A stretch of DNA of 52,135 nucleotides from assembly GCA_030167865.1 (NCBI GenBank), contig JALAGF010005804.1:1-52135 (forward strand), given 5' to 3'. Of this stretch, positions 11,101 through 21,376 are shown piece after piece; within the stretch, counting starts at the first letter, position 1, and each line of letters begins with the position of its first letter. The notes below the pieces were generated by a model that was not told where the DNA came from, searched no databases, and was given only the letters and a program-made list of their open reading frames with translations. The position numbers and the translations under genes were made by a program. The DNA is from Craspedostauros australis. Taxonomy: Eukaryota.

Positions 11101-13237
11101 TTCTTGTCCGGCTGGCTGCGCAGAACCAGCAGGCATGGACATCGTTGGTGTCGTGGTCGTGGTCGAAGGCGATTCTGGCGTTTGAATGGTCGATGGTGCA
11201 TCTGTGGCAGTAGCAGATGGGGCTTGCGGCGCAGCTGCTGGTTGGCCTGATGCTGTTGGTGCGACGGGGCTTGGCGACGCGGTTAGAGCTGGAGACGACA
11301 CCGGACCGGCCGAAGCTGGCGCAGTTGTCGTCCCAATGGGTAGGGGTGATGAAGTCGGTGCAGTTGGTGTGGCTGGCGCATTCGGCGTCGCAACATTCGG
11401 TGAGGCCGTTGGTCCCATTCCCATGTTCAAATCTGTTGGTTCACCTGTGGCTGCGGGCTCGCCGCTGCCCGTTCCTGATGGAGTGTCCGGATCCGATGCG
11501 ACAGGTGTTGGCGATGGTGTTGGTGTTGGTGTTGGTGTTGGTGTTGGTGTTGGTGTTGGTGTTGGTGTTGGCGTGGTTGTGGGCGGTGCTGTTGCTTCTG
11601 CTGCAGGTGACGCATCCGATGCTGTTGTTGGCATGGCTGTAGTGTCGGTACTTGTCCCGACAGCAGTGTTTGCGTTCGTTGCCATTTCCGTGGGTTGGTC
11701 GGTTGCATCATTTGTGGTTGTGGATGGTGCCGATGCTTCGTCTGTCGGTTGCGCTGTGCTCGTGGGCGTGGGCGTGGACGTTGGTGCATCCAAGTTGGGT
11801 GATTGTGCAGGCGAGTCAGTTGGAGACGATTGTGTCGGCGTTCCGGCGTCAGCAGCTGATGGTTGCCAAGTTGAAGAATCGTCCGGATTAGTGGATGGCG
11901 CAGCGGTGATGATCGTTGGCGCCGACGTCGGAATTTCATGTCTGCCTCCAATCGTCGGCTCATCGTCATTTGCATTGCTCGGAGCGTCGGTATCCATCGT
12001 TGGCATGCTCGTCGTCGTTTGTTGCTGCCATCCTACACGGAAGCTGTCGATATCTGCAGTCATCCATCTCACGTTACTGATTGTTGGGAATGCGCTGCCA
12101 TTCAGCAATTCTCCGCTGTCCATGACATCCTCGATCGATTGAACGAGCGTGTCATGCAGGCTGCTGATGTTGCTCGCATCATCTGTCGCTGCGAATATCG
12201 TCATCTGTCCAAAGAAAACGGCGCATTCCGCGCTGGAATGGTCATAGTTGCATGTCACTGTGAAGTGGATCATGTCGAAATGGTGCGGTTTGGAATCAAT
12301 GGCGGATGCACCATCGGTATGGGAGGTGTCAGATCATCGTTCATTGTGTTGCAAAGCAGGCATGTTCAATCCGAATTCGATTCTCAGATGCTTGGGATTG
12401 CACAGCTGTGCACATCAATGGACATCATCGTGTGTGCGTTTGCGCGCTATCAAGCGTGCTTTGTACTTACAATCGGATGCCGTATACGGTCCGGAGTTGA
12501 TGGTTTCCACGTTGAGACGTCTGGCTTCGCCTTGCAGCACTCGTCGTCGTTCCGTCCAGAGATCTGCTCAAAAAATGGAAGAAGTGGCCGTGTGTATGGT
12601 TGGAGGTCGTTGCGAGGAGGTGAGAGAATGAGAAGCGTGCATTGTGTGAGTCCGAGGGTTCGTACAGTTTCATTTTCACAGCAGGAACCTTGCTGGTTTC
12701 ACGCGCCGGCGGTGAGATGTGGAAGTGCGAGTTGATCGTACCTGTTTCGTGATGCCTCAGTCTCCTTCTCGAGGTGTTGCCGTTGCTGTCGTCGCACAGT
12801 TGCAATGTTCCTTGGACGATCTCAAACAGCGTATCTCCCAATGCCTGCAGTTCCGATGGCTGCACTGGCTGCGAAGATTCGACGGCGAAATAGTATTCGA
12901 CGAGTGCGATTTGCACGGATGATTGACAGTTGGTAGTGTCGAAGCCTTGAACGCTGCAATTGTTGGTGTCGGTGATGCCGTTGTTTTCGTCTTCAGACGA
13001 AGTCGATGGCTCGCCAACCCAAAATTCATCGAATGGCATGTGCTTGTTTGTCAGCACCAGCTGTCTGTTGATGCTGTGAAGTGCGGATTTTCTTTCATCG
13101 GTATTACCGCTCGAGCTGCCGCTGTCATTCCTAATGCGGATCGATTGCTGCTGTTCTTGAACTGGGTGGGCAGAGCTGATGACCAGACTCGACGATGCAC
13201 CCACGACGAGAAGGTGGAGTGCGAGTGATAGCCTCAT
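2145..13237 (-). CDS. Giant type I membrane mucin-like (Pro/Thr/Ser-rich) protein, 4 exons, about 3,500 aa
   Basis: Predicted exons are 13237-12742, 12563-12471, 12257-4103 (spanning the N gap at 5810-5953) and 3899-2145. Donors are GTACGA, GTAAGT and GTAAGT, each paired with a CAG acceptor; phases 1, 1 and 0 join the separate ORFs in frame. It has a signal peptide (MRLSLALHLLVVGASSSLVISSA), a Cys-containing head domain, more than 2,500 aa of PTS stalk, one TM helix (LIFVISFLPIAFLTGIGLFLI followed by KRH) and a tail of about 540 aa. Confidence 0.8.
5355..6890 (-). repeat. Coding VNTR of 138-147 nt units (46-49 aa), at least 10 copies
   Basis: The unit TTNAPTKAPSSASGTDEPTITGLPTSEGDIAQSPTPSPTEPTEPT occurs 7 times on one side of the N gap and 3 times on the other. 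Copies are near-identical at DNA level. Confidence 0.95.
11515..11571 (-). repeat. (GGTGTT)n hexamer encoding a (Thr-Pro)n tract
   Basis: About 9 perfect hexamer copies inside the mucin exon. Confidence 0.9.
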
Positions 13238-15548
13238 GATGTGACGGGAGACCAGTGTGTATGTAACTTTGTGTCGGTGCGTCCGGATGTTGCCGATGTT
13301 ATGTCCAGTCGGTACCTGTCGCAGTGAAGCGTAGAAGTAGACGACTTGAATGAGGAGACCGAGAACAATGGAGATGATCGGTAGAGTATGGCTGTCTGTG
13401 TTCTGTTCTGCTTTTGCTTTCCTTTGCTTTGCACCGCTCCCAAGCTGACCTGTCGAATGAGTATTGTATGTGTCCGTTGTTTGGTTGGATGGTTTGTTGA
13501 TTGATTGATTGGTGGAATGACTGCTTCAGTTTTGGCAACTCGGGCACGCGACACCTGCTGGGAGGAGGAGAAAGCGGACCGAATGGAGACGGCTGGTTGG
13601 AGTCGGCTGGAGCACCAACGAAATTGATACCACCATCACGTTTGTCATCATCCGCACACTCGTAGACTTGGCTGTGATACCGCACCGTGTGAGGATGATG
13701 ATGGGCGGAAGTGGCCGTAACGGTGGTTGTTGTTGGTTGATGTCGTTTGCACATCAACTCTCCTTTGGACGATTTGACCGCTTCAAACGCGAAAGGGAAA
13801 CAACGTTTTTGAGGATGATAGGTTTCTCGGCAGGCGCGCTGATTGATGTTACTTGTTTTGTGAGCATGCCGGTAATGTACATATGCAGAGCTGAGTACAA
13901 TTTGATGTTTCAAATCTAGTCCAACTAGTCATTGCACAGTAAAATCGCGTTTCCATCAACGCTAACCGTTACCACCAACAACAGTCAAAATTGCGTGTCG
14001 TGATTGCGCGAAATGTTCGCCTTCCGCCTCCTTTGACTTTGTGGACTGGTGGCTTCGATGTAGATTGGTGTGACATGGATGGAACGAATGGACGGTACTG
14101 CAGGAAAGCATAGAGTAGAGCAGAGTGCACGATGAATGAATTAATCGATGCAATGTAATGCAGGTGGTCATTTCGATGTTATAGAGCAGTGGATGATTCT
14201 ATTATGAATGTCGATGCGCTGCTGAATTCAAACAACCGCACGTGCATGTCTTGCGGAGACTGCAAGAAGGATGACAACTTGAGGAGCTGTATGCATGACG
14301 GCGACTCGTGTATTGGGACATGCATGCATGTTAAGATCCCTCTATTCCAGGCAAGTGAACACCTTTTAAACTTTTTGTTTCATCTCTTTCGATCTGAAGT
14401 GCGTGCTTTGATGCGTTCTATCACAGGTACTCCATGATTGTACATCATCTAGCTTCAATGACGCAATCTACAAGTTTCATTCCCAAGAAATATCTCGCGC
14501 CAAATTTAAACCACCAAAATCGTCCGCTGTGGCCAACATTGAATCTGTTGAAAGGTGATGCGACGATGATGACCACTTTGCTGTGATGGCCAATGTTTGT
14601 TCCAACAAGATCGGAAACCCTTCTCGTTCTGCGAGCGGCTCTAGGTACTTTGATTGATTGGTCTGTGGGTGGTGGTTTGATCCTTCTTTCTTTCTTTTCG
14701 TCTGCGGTGGCACGATGACATGGGGTTTGTGCAATCCCAGATGCTTCATGCGAAGGATGCGCGAAACAAGCAATGCACTAATACACCAATGCTGTCACAG
14801 CGTTGGCATGCATGTCCATAACTAGATCCATACCCATACCCATTCTTGTGCCCAGATGGTGCTCGCACTCTCACTCACCAAACTTTAACTCCCATTTTTC
14901 TTGGTGCGTTCTGCTCAGCTCAGTTTCTTGGTGTGGCTTGGGTCAACGTTCAAATCGGTGAAACTTGCGTGTGACCTTCCCGAAGCGGGCAGGCTCGACA
15001 GATTTTTGGGTTTGCCGAGTTTAACGGTTACTTTTAGTCCACAGAACACGAATGGGCCGATGCACCAATCATAATTGGTGGATGTGTCACAGCCGTTACG
15101 TCAAATCGTGCGACGAGTAAATTTTCCGCCAGGAAACGTGAGTAGTGGAGGGAAAACACGAATGTTTCGGCATTGGCCGCGTAGCGTGGCGTGGAGGGAA
15201 ACCATGGGGTGCAAGCAAGCAAGAATCAAAGATGTCCTGGCGCAGAACGAGGTGATCGCGACCAGGATGGAGCAAGACGAGTGTTGGTATCGTGGAGAGT
15301 ACCAATCCGACAGCAAGACATTCTGTTGCTGGACACGCCAGCAGCCTCCCTCCATCTCTGCATCCGTCCTTCCCCCTTCATCAATGGTCATAATCAGCAA
15401 CCGCACCAACAGCCAAGCAACTCGCACTTGACCACTTGCACCCACTCCAGCAACACTGTTCATACATAGCACATACATACACGTGCATAACTCATACATA
15501 ACCCACACAGCACAGCACAATAGCACAATAGCAAGAACAATAGAAACC

Positions 15549-17234
15549 ATGCTTCGCAACAGAGGATCGACGGCAGGCCTGCCAACAAGCAGCGCAACTG
15601 GACTGAACTACGGAGGCGGCGACATGTACGCCGGTCACAGCAACGTCCCGCACGCCCATGGTGGATACCAGCAATCGTACGGCGGCTACAGCAACGGCGG
15701 CGGCGGCAATACCGGAGGCAGCTACGGCTACGCCGCCGGTGGGATGGCCGCAGCAGCCAGCGCCATGCACATGAGCAGCGACAGCTCCAAGGCCAGAAGA
15801 CGGTCCTCCACGGGCAGCGTCACGAGCCTCGGATCCGGCGCCTCGGGATCCATGGTGGGCATGGCCATGGCCGTCGTGGGACTCTTCTTCTTCGTCACGA
15901 CGCTGTACTACAGATCCGTCTCCAACGGCATCCTGTCCGGCCTCGACGTCAAGTCCAAGGCCGCCGCCATGGACCTCATCCACAGCCTCAAGCGCGACGT
16001 CGACAAGTACCGCACGCAGTCCAAGGAGCAGAAGCGCGTGGCGCATGATCGCTACTCGGCGCAGATCACCAACCTGCAGGAGGAGAAGAAGCGTCTGCAG
16101 CGCGAGCGCGATGAATTCGAAAGGGCGCATGCCAACGGCGGCGGCGACCGCTCCGATCTCGAGAAGGAGATCCACCGATTGCAGGGACGCGAGGACGCCT
16201 TCATGTCCCAGGCCAACGCCCTCAAGAATTCGATCCGAAAGGAGTCCGAGCGCAAGATTTTGGAGCGGTATGTTCTCAATTGTCATCTGATTCTCTTGCT
16301 TTTCTTGGTTGCCTTGGGTTTCTTGCTTGTCTTGCCTGTCTTGCCATGATCCATCGCGGTAGCGGATTGGAGAAGTTCTTGGCCCTTCTCAACTGTTCCA
16401 CGGCTTTGCGCAAGTACTCACGACTGATCATGCGATCGCCTCTCACCTGTGCTATGTATCCACCGCGCCACATCACTCGTCTCTGCTCCACAATCGCCCT
16501 GCACCATCCCAACGCCGCTTTACAGATTCGGAGATGGCCCGCACAAGGTCGAGATGATCTTCGTCATGCCGGAGGATGAAACGGAGACCAGGCACAGACT
16601 CATTGTCGAGACGGCGCCATACAAGCTCGTTCCACACGCCGTCCACCTCTTCCTGGAGCAGGTCGCGCACGGACTCTGGGATCACACCTACATCTACCTC
16701 AACGGACCACACATCTTGCAGATCGGACCCCAGAACATGGATGTCTACCACTACGAGCCAAGCGAAAACGACGACGGACGCGGACCGCAGCTGCACAAGT
16801 TCGAGGAGATGGGCCTCAAGCACCTCGCCTTCCCAGACTACCACCCAGACTTCCCACACCAGCCATGGACCCTGGGCTTCAGCGGCAGACCAGGAGGTCC
16901 GGACATCTACATCAACAAGCTCGACAACAGCGTCGACCACGGTCCAGGCGGCCAGTACCAGCACGTCCTGCACGAGGAGGGAGACTCCTGTTTCGGAAAG
17001 ATCGTCGAGGGACACGAGCACATCGCTCAGGCCTTCCAGGGATCAACCTACGGCGACGGATCCGAATGGCACTACTTCTTCACCTCGCCCATCGAGATCG
17101 TCCAGGCGCGTGTCCTCAACTCCATCCAACCAATCCCAGAGAGCATGTTGACGGACCAGCAACCCAGCCACCATGCCCACAACGGCGACATCAAGCCGCA
17201 GATGCCAAAGACCGAGCACATGGCCACGCCTTAG
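15549..17234 (+). CDS. Membrane-anchored coiled-coil plus cyclophilin-like domain protein, 2 exons
   Basis: Exons 15549-16267 and 16526-17234 are joined by a GTATGT...TACAG phase 2 intron, giving ILER/FGDGPHKVE. The protein has a Gly/Tyr-rich N-terminus, a TM segment (MAMAVVGLFFFVTTLYY) and a coiled coil. It then has the algal cyclophilin-like motifs PHAVHLFLEQV, FPHQPWTLGFSGRPGGPDIYIN and DSCFGKIVEG. Strong GC3 bias. Confidence 0.8.
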
Positions 17235-18863
17235 ACGCACATGCAAACATATACGCAGACATATACTATGCACACACATACTATGCACATCGCCGCGCGG
17301 ATGCGCACGCAAGCGCAACCGCAGATGAAGATGTGACAAGACAAGGCTCTATACCATTGAGACGGGACACAGCACAGGAGTATTACACGTATTATTCGAT
17401 GGAAATTAGAACTCATACTATTCAACACTCCTCCGTGCCCTTGCATACTTGGCGCCCTCCAATTTGCCACGTCTCCGTTCGATCAACAGATCGAGATCAC
17501 TCTTGTCATTGTTCTGGCCATTCTTCTAGATCATGTTGTATGCTTATTCCCCGTTGATGCAATCGTCGAAGTTTCCGTCGGGATCGGCAAGCCAACGCCA
17601 AAGGGCATCCTCCATTCCGTAGGCATTGATCGCGACGTCTGCGCTACCATATGTCTCACAGTGTCACATGAGGCCCGCTTGTCCTCCTCGGCATGTTCCA
17701 TAATCACCTTTCCTGCCTCGATCGTCGAATTCCAGAGTGCGCCCGTGAACTTCCTTTCCCTCCAACTCGAGCAGATTCTTGATCTCGTCATTGTTCTTGT
17801 CGGTGTTATAGAACGTGCCACCTTTGAAGACGCTCCTGTACTCGTTGACATCCGTTGACATCGCCGCCACCAGTGGGGCGACCGATGTTTGCTTACCTGG
17901 CGCCGCCAACTTTCATGCCGTTGTCGTCACCGAAGTCCTCATTCAGACCAGAACTAGAGACCTCCGTGATAGCTGTCGTCGATGGTAGAGGCTGGTGCCA
18001 TGATGTGTTGGCGTTTGCGTTGTCTCCGGCACGAGCGGTGACGGCCATGCTGGCAAAGAAGACGAAGCTGGCACGAACGGCATCGAAGAGATGAATTCCA
18101 AGGCGGAGGACGGTGACGACCATGGACGCGGTACGTTGAATACCATCACGAGGCTTGCCGTATTGCTCGTACTAATAGACATCATCATCGTTTCCCTCGT
18201 TGACGCGCCCAGGAGAAGAGCGCAGCGCAGTGCATGACGATGGTGATGCTTGGTTGCTTGATTGGTGAGAAGAAGTTGGTGCTCTGCCAACATGATGAGC
18301 ATGCAGCAATCAGCCCCAAGCCATTCGACCTGTTGCGCTCATGGCGTGGGTGGCCACGAACAACGACAAGTACTGGTGCTGCAAGGTGGAAACAGAGTCA
18401 ACTTCCTCCAATCGATGATCCTTGGGCTTACTTCGGTAGACATTCCGTGTGGGTTGCTGGCGTGTTTGTGTGAGTATTGGTGTCGTGAACATGTGTTTGT
18501 ACCGTGCAAGTACTCGCATGGCAGATGTGTGTTGGTTGCGTTCCTTCAGTTGTTGTTGTTGGTGTGGAGAAATGTGAAGAGTATGGGAAAATATCGGATC
18601 ACGAAATTCACTTCAAATGATGAGACAATCCACGATTTGGCAAGATGCTTGCCTCCGATTTGTTCCGATGTGTGCAAAGATCTCGTGACATCACAGAAAC
18701 AAGTGCCAACGCAGAGATTGCAGCCAAGACCGCAACGCGTGCCACTGTTTGGATCCATCGGAAGGCCAACACCCATCCATCCATCCTTTCACCACACAAG
18801 GCAGTGGCAATACCAATAACGGCACCACCACCACCACCATCAACAACAACGATTCCCAGCAAC

Positions 18864-19520
18864 ATGACAAACAACACCACCACCAACAACGCCAGCAAAA
18901 TCGCCTTGCTGTGCCTGCTGATGATGTCGGCGGCAAGGGGCTTGTCATTGAACGGTGGAACGAACCAAAGAACACGAAATGTCGCTGTGGCCAATGAAGG
19001 CAGCAGCATTTCACGACGAGATGTCATGTTCGGCGTGGCATCAGCGCTCGTGATGTTGCCCATCGCCGCCACTGCCGACGAAGGAACTGCTACCGCGTGC
19101 AACAGCAACAAGCAGTGCAATCTCTCGAACGAGGAACTCGCCGCCGCAATCACCAAGGATGTTGTGGAGAACCAGTTCCTGGTGCGCGCGGACATCACCA
19201 GATCGCTGTACGACGAATCCGCAACCTTCACGGATGAGATCGACACCTACAAAATGGATCAATGGATCAAAGGCACGAAGAAGCTCTTCGTGGCCAACAA
19301 CTCGGATGTGCGGCTCGTGGCGGACAGCGTCAAGGCCGATGCCACGAAGGTGGAATTCCGGTTCGATGAGGACCTGCAGTTCAACATCCCGTTCCGACCC
19401 ACGGTGTACCTGAGCGGAAGAGTGGAGCTCAAGCGGGATCCGTCGACCGGTCTCATTACGTCATACCAAGAATTTTGGGACCAGAGCGTCACGAAGGTGT
19501 TGAAGACAGCCAAGTTCTGA
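18864..19520 (+). CDS. Probable plastid-targeted DUF2358/NTF2(SnoaL)-like protein
   Basis: Signal peptide (KIALLCLLMMSAARG-LSL), a transit-like region and SRRDVMF followed by a hydrophobic stretch. The domain motifs are SLYDESATFTDEIDTY, FNIPFRPTVYLSG and GLITSYQEFWD. Confidence 0.7.
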   Translation: MTNNTTTNNASKIALLCLLMMSAARGLSLNGGTNQRTRNVAVANEGSSISRRDVMFGVASALVMLPIAATADEGTATACNSNKQCNLSNEELAAAITKDVVENQFLVRADITRSLYDESATFTDEIDTYKMDQWIKGTKKLFVANNSDVRLVADSVKADATKVEFRFDEDLQFNIPFRPTVYLSGRVELKRDPSTGLITSYQEFWDQSVTKVLKTAKF

Positions 19521-20335
19521 GTGGCGTGACCAGCACATCCGCATGCATGCCATACGTATGTGCGCCTCCTCTTTCTCATCTTTGGGCGGCGTGCGGCTCC
19601 AAGTGCAGGTGAGAAGTACGAACGTATGCGTGAAGGTCTGCAACGTTGCACACCGAATGGACGGACGGAGTGAGCAGGAGTGTCAAAGCAAAGCAAGAGC
19701 TGTCCCGTCGCGTCATACGGCGCAGAGGCCAAACGCGAAGGCGACGGCGATGTCTCACCCTCTGGAATTGTCGTCGGAATCGCACTCCGGCCAAAGCCGA
19801 ATACCCTCTGTCAGGGAAGAGGTGGTAGAGGTTCGCTGCAGCTTGTAACACAACAGAACTATTCAACTCAACCCAAGTCAATACAAAGTCGGTGCGATGC
19901 AAACCGAATACGCCTTTCTAGTCTTATCGCCATTTACTTGTGTTGGCACGAGCTGATATTCTGTTGCACAATTGTGGAGCCGTCTGGCGGCGCTCTGGCA
20001 GACCAGAACTTCTAGAGTTGTCGAGGCGCGTAACGGCTCCATGCGAAGAGGCAGCAAGTCGTCGCATGCAGAATGCATTGATAAAACTCTCTTCAATAGT
20101 GCAACTGAAAGCGATACTCCTGACGTGAACAACCGCACTCGCATGCACCGTATACGGGGCAGAAGACGATGTCGAAAATCGCGCGGGACTTCACGAACGA
20201 ATGCGAAAGTTGTTCGGGCATGCACTAGTACGAATACGAGTACGTGTATGATTGTGGTATGTTGCAAAATTGTGCTGAGGTGAATTGGTAGAATAGAGTG
20301 CACTGAGCGAAAGATATTTTTGTGCTGCTCGATGC

Positions 20336-21376
20336 TCAAGCCGCGTCTTCAACGATCTCAACCCCAACACCAATTTTGTGGAAATGCTGTTTGAGTGACA
20401 TGAGGGAAGCGTCGTCGTCGTCGTCGTTGCTGCTGCTGTTCGTGATGCTGGTTTCGGTGCTTTGGATGCTGAGTCTCGAGAAGGCGCGGGCGGCCTCGTC
20501 CGCTGCTCGGATCGTATCGTTTGTCGTAAGTGCTGATGTCGAAGAGCGCGTTGTGTGCGAGAGCGAGAATGTCGGCGTCTGTGGTAGCGGCGATGATGCT
20601 GTGGATAGAAGGCTGAGACGACTGGCTGTCGCATAGTTGGAATCCATATCGAGGGGATGATCGATCGAGATCAAGCTGCTACTGCTGCTGCGGCTGCCTT
20701 GCGTGCTGTGCAAGCTCGATCTTCGTGCTTCATTGCGATTTCTCCATCGTCTGATCTCCATCTGAAGGCAGTGATTCGACGTCAGATGAGACACGCGCAA
20801 TGGCCGGCCAGTGACGGGACATTCCTCCTTGTTCATGTCCAACCATTCCATGATGGCCCTTCGTTCGAAGTTGACGCCCGCCCGTGTTGTGACGGGATCT
20901 CTCATCACTTCCTTTGTCAATGGGCACATGTACTCCTGCGGACAGCCAAGGTTGAGCAGGGTCATGTTGTGGCCGTCTGTCATGGCGGTGCTGCAGGATC
21001 CTGATCGTGTTGAGGAACACGACGCAACCCTCTCCATCTTGCGGCAGAAGTTGATCATGGCGACGACCTGATACTCCTTGTACCACGGCTGCTTCCTCCT
21101 CCATGACTTGATGGCCCGGTGCAGCTCGTAGTCTGGCTTGAGGCAGGACGCATCGAGCAAGGTCTTCGTTACAGGACACCACACGCTGCCGCTCTTGATC
21201 CATTCCAGAACGGCAGCCTCCTCGAAGTGCACGCCCTCATTGGAGACGACGGGTGTCTTCATCAGCTTCTTGCTGATGGGGCACACGAACTTTCTCGGCA
21301 CCTTCATGCGGAGCTTTTTGGTAGGGCTGGGCATCTTCGGGATGATTTCCAGCGGGTGCTCACATTGTGGAACCAT
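20336..21376 (-). CDS. Tandem double U-box protein (putative E3 ubiquitin ligase)
   Basis: Two U-box motifs: VPRKFVCPISKKLMKTPV...FEEAAVLEWI...CPVTK...LKPDYELHRAIKSW and CPQEYMCPLTKEVMRDPV...FERRAIMEWL...CPVTG...NHCLQMEIRRW. A Ser-rich tail follows. The start is the first plausible ATG. Confidence 0.85.
   Translation of the reverse strand: MVPQCEHPLEIIPKMPSPTKKLRMKVPRKFVCPISKKLMKTPVVSNEGVHFEEAAVLEWIKSGSVWCPVTKTLLDASCLKPDYELHRAIKSWRRKQPWYKEYQVVAMINFCRKMERVASCSSTRSGSCSTAMTDGHNMTLLNLGCPQEYMCPLTKEVMRDPVTTRAGVNFERRAIMEWLDMNKEECPVTGRPLRVSHLTSNHCLQMEIRRWRNRNEARRSSLHSTQGSRSSSSSLISIDHPLDMDSNYATASRLSLLSTASSPLPQTPTFSLSHTTRSSTSALTTNDTIRAADEAARAFSRLSIQSTETSITNSSSNDDDDDASLMSLKQHFHKIGVGVEIVEDAA

Noticed and set aside
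4113..12142. Many long Val/Gly-rich plus-strand ORFs and Gln/Arg/His-rich shifted-frame ORFs
   Set aside because: These are antisense or alternative-frame shadows of the Pro/Thr/Ser-rich mucin exon.
13963..15030. 9-bp inverted repeat TAACCGTTA...TAACGGTTA around about 1 kb of AT-richer DNA (possible MITE)
   Set aside because: The match is short enough to arise by chance, does not extend convincingly and has no clear target-site duplication.
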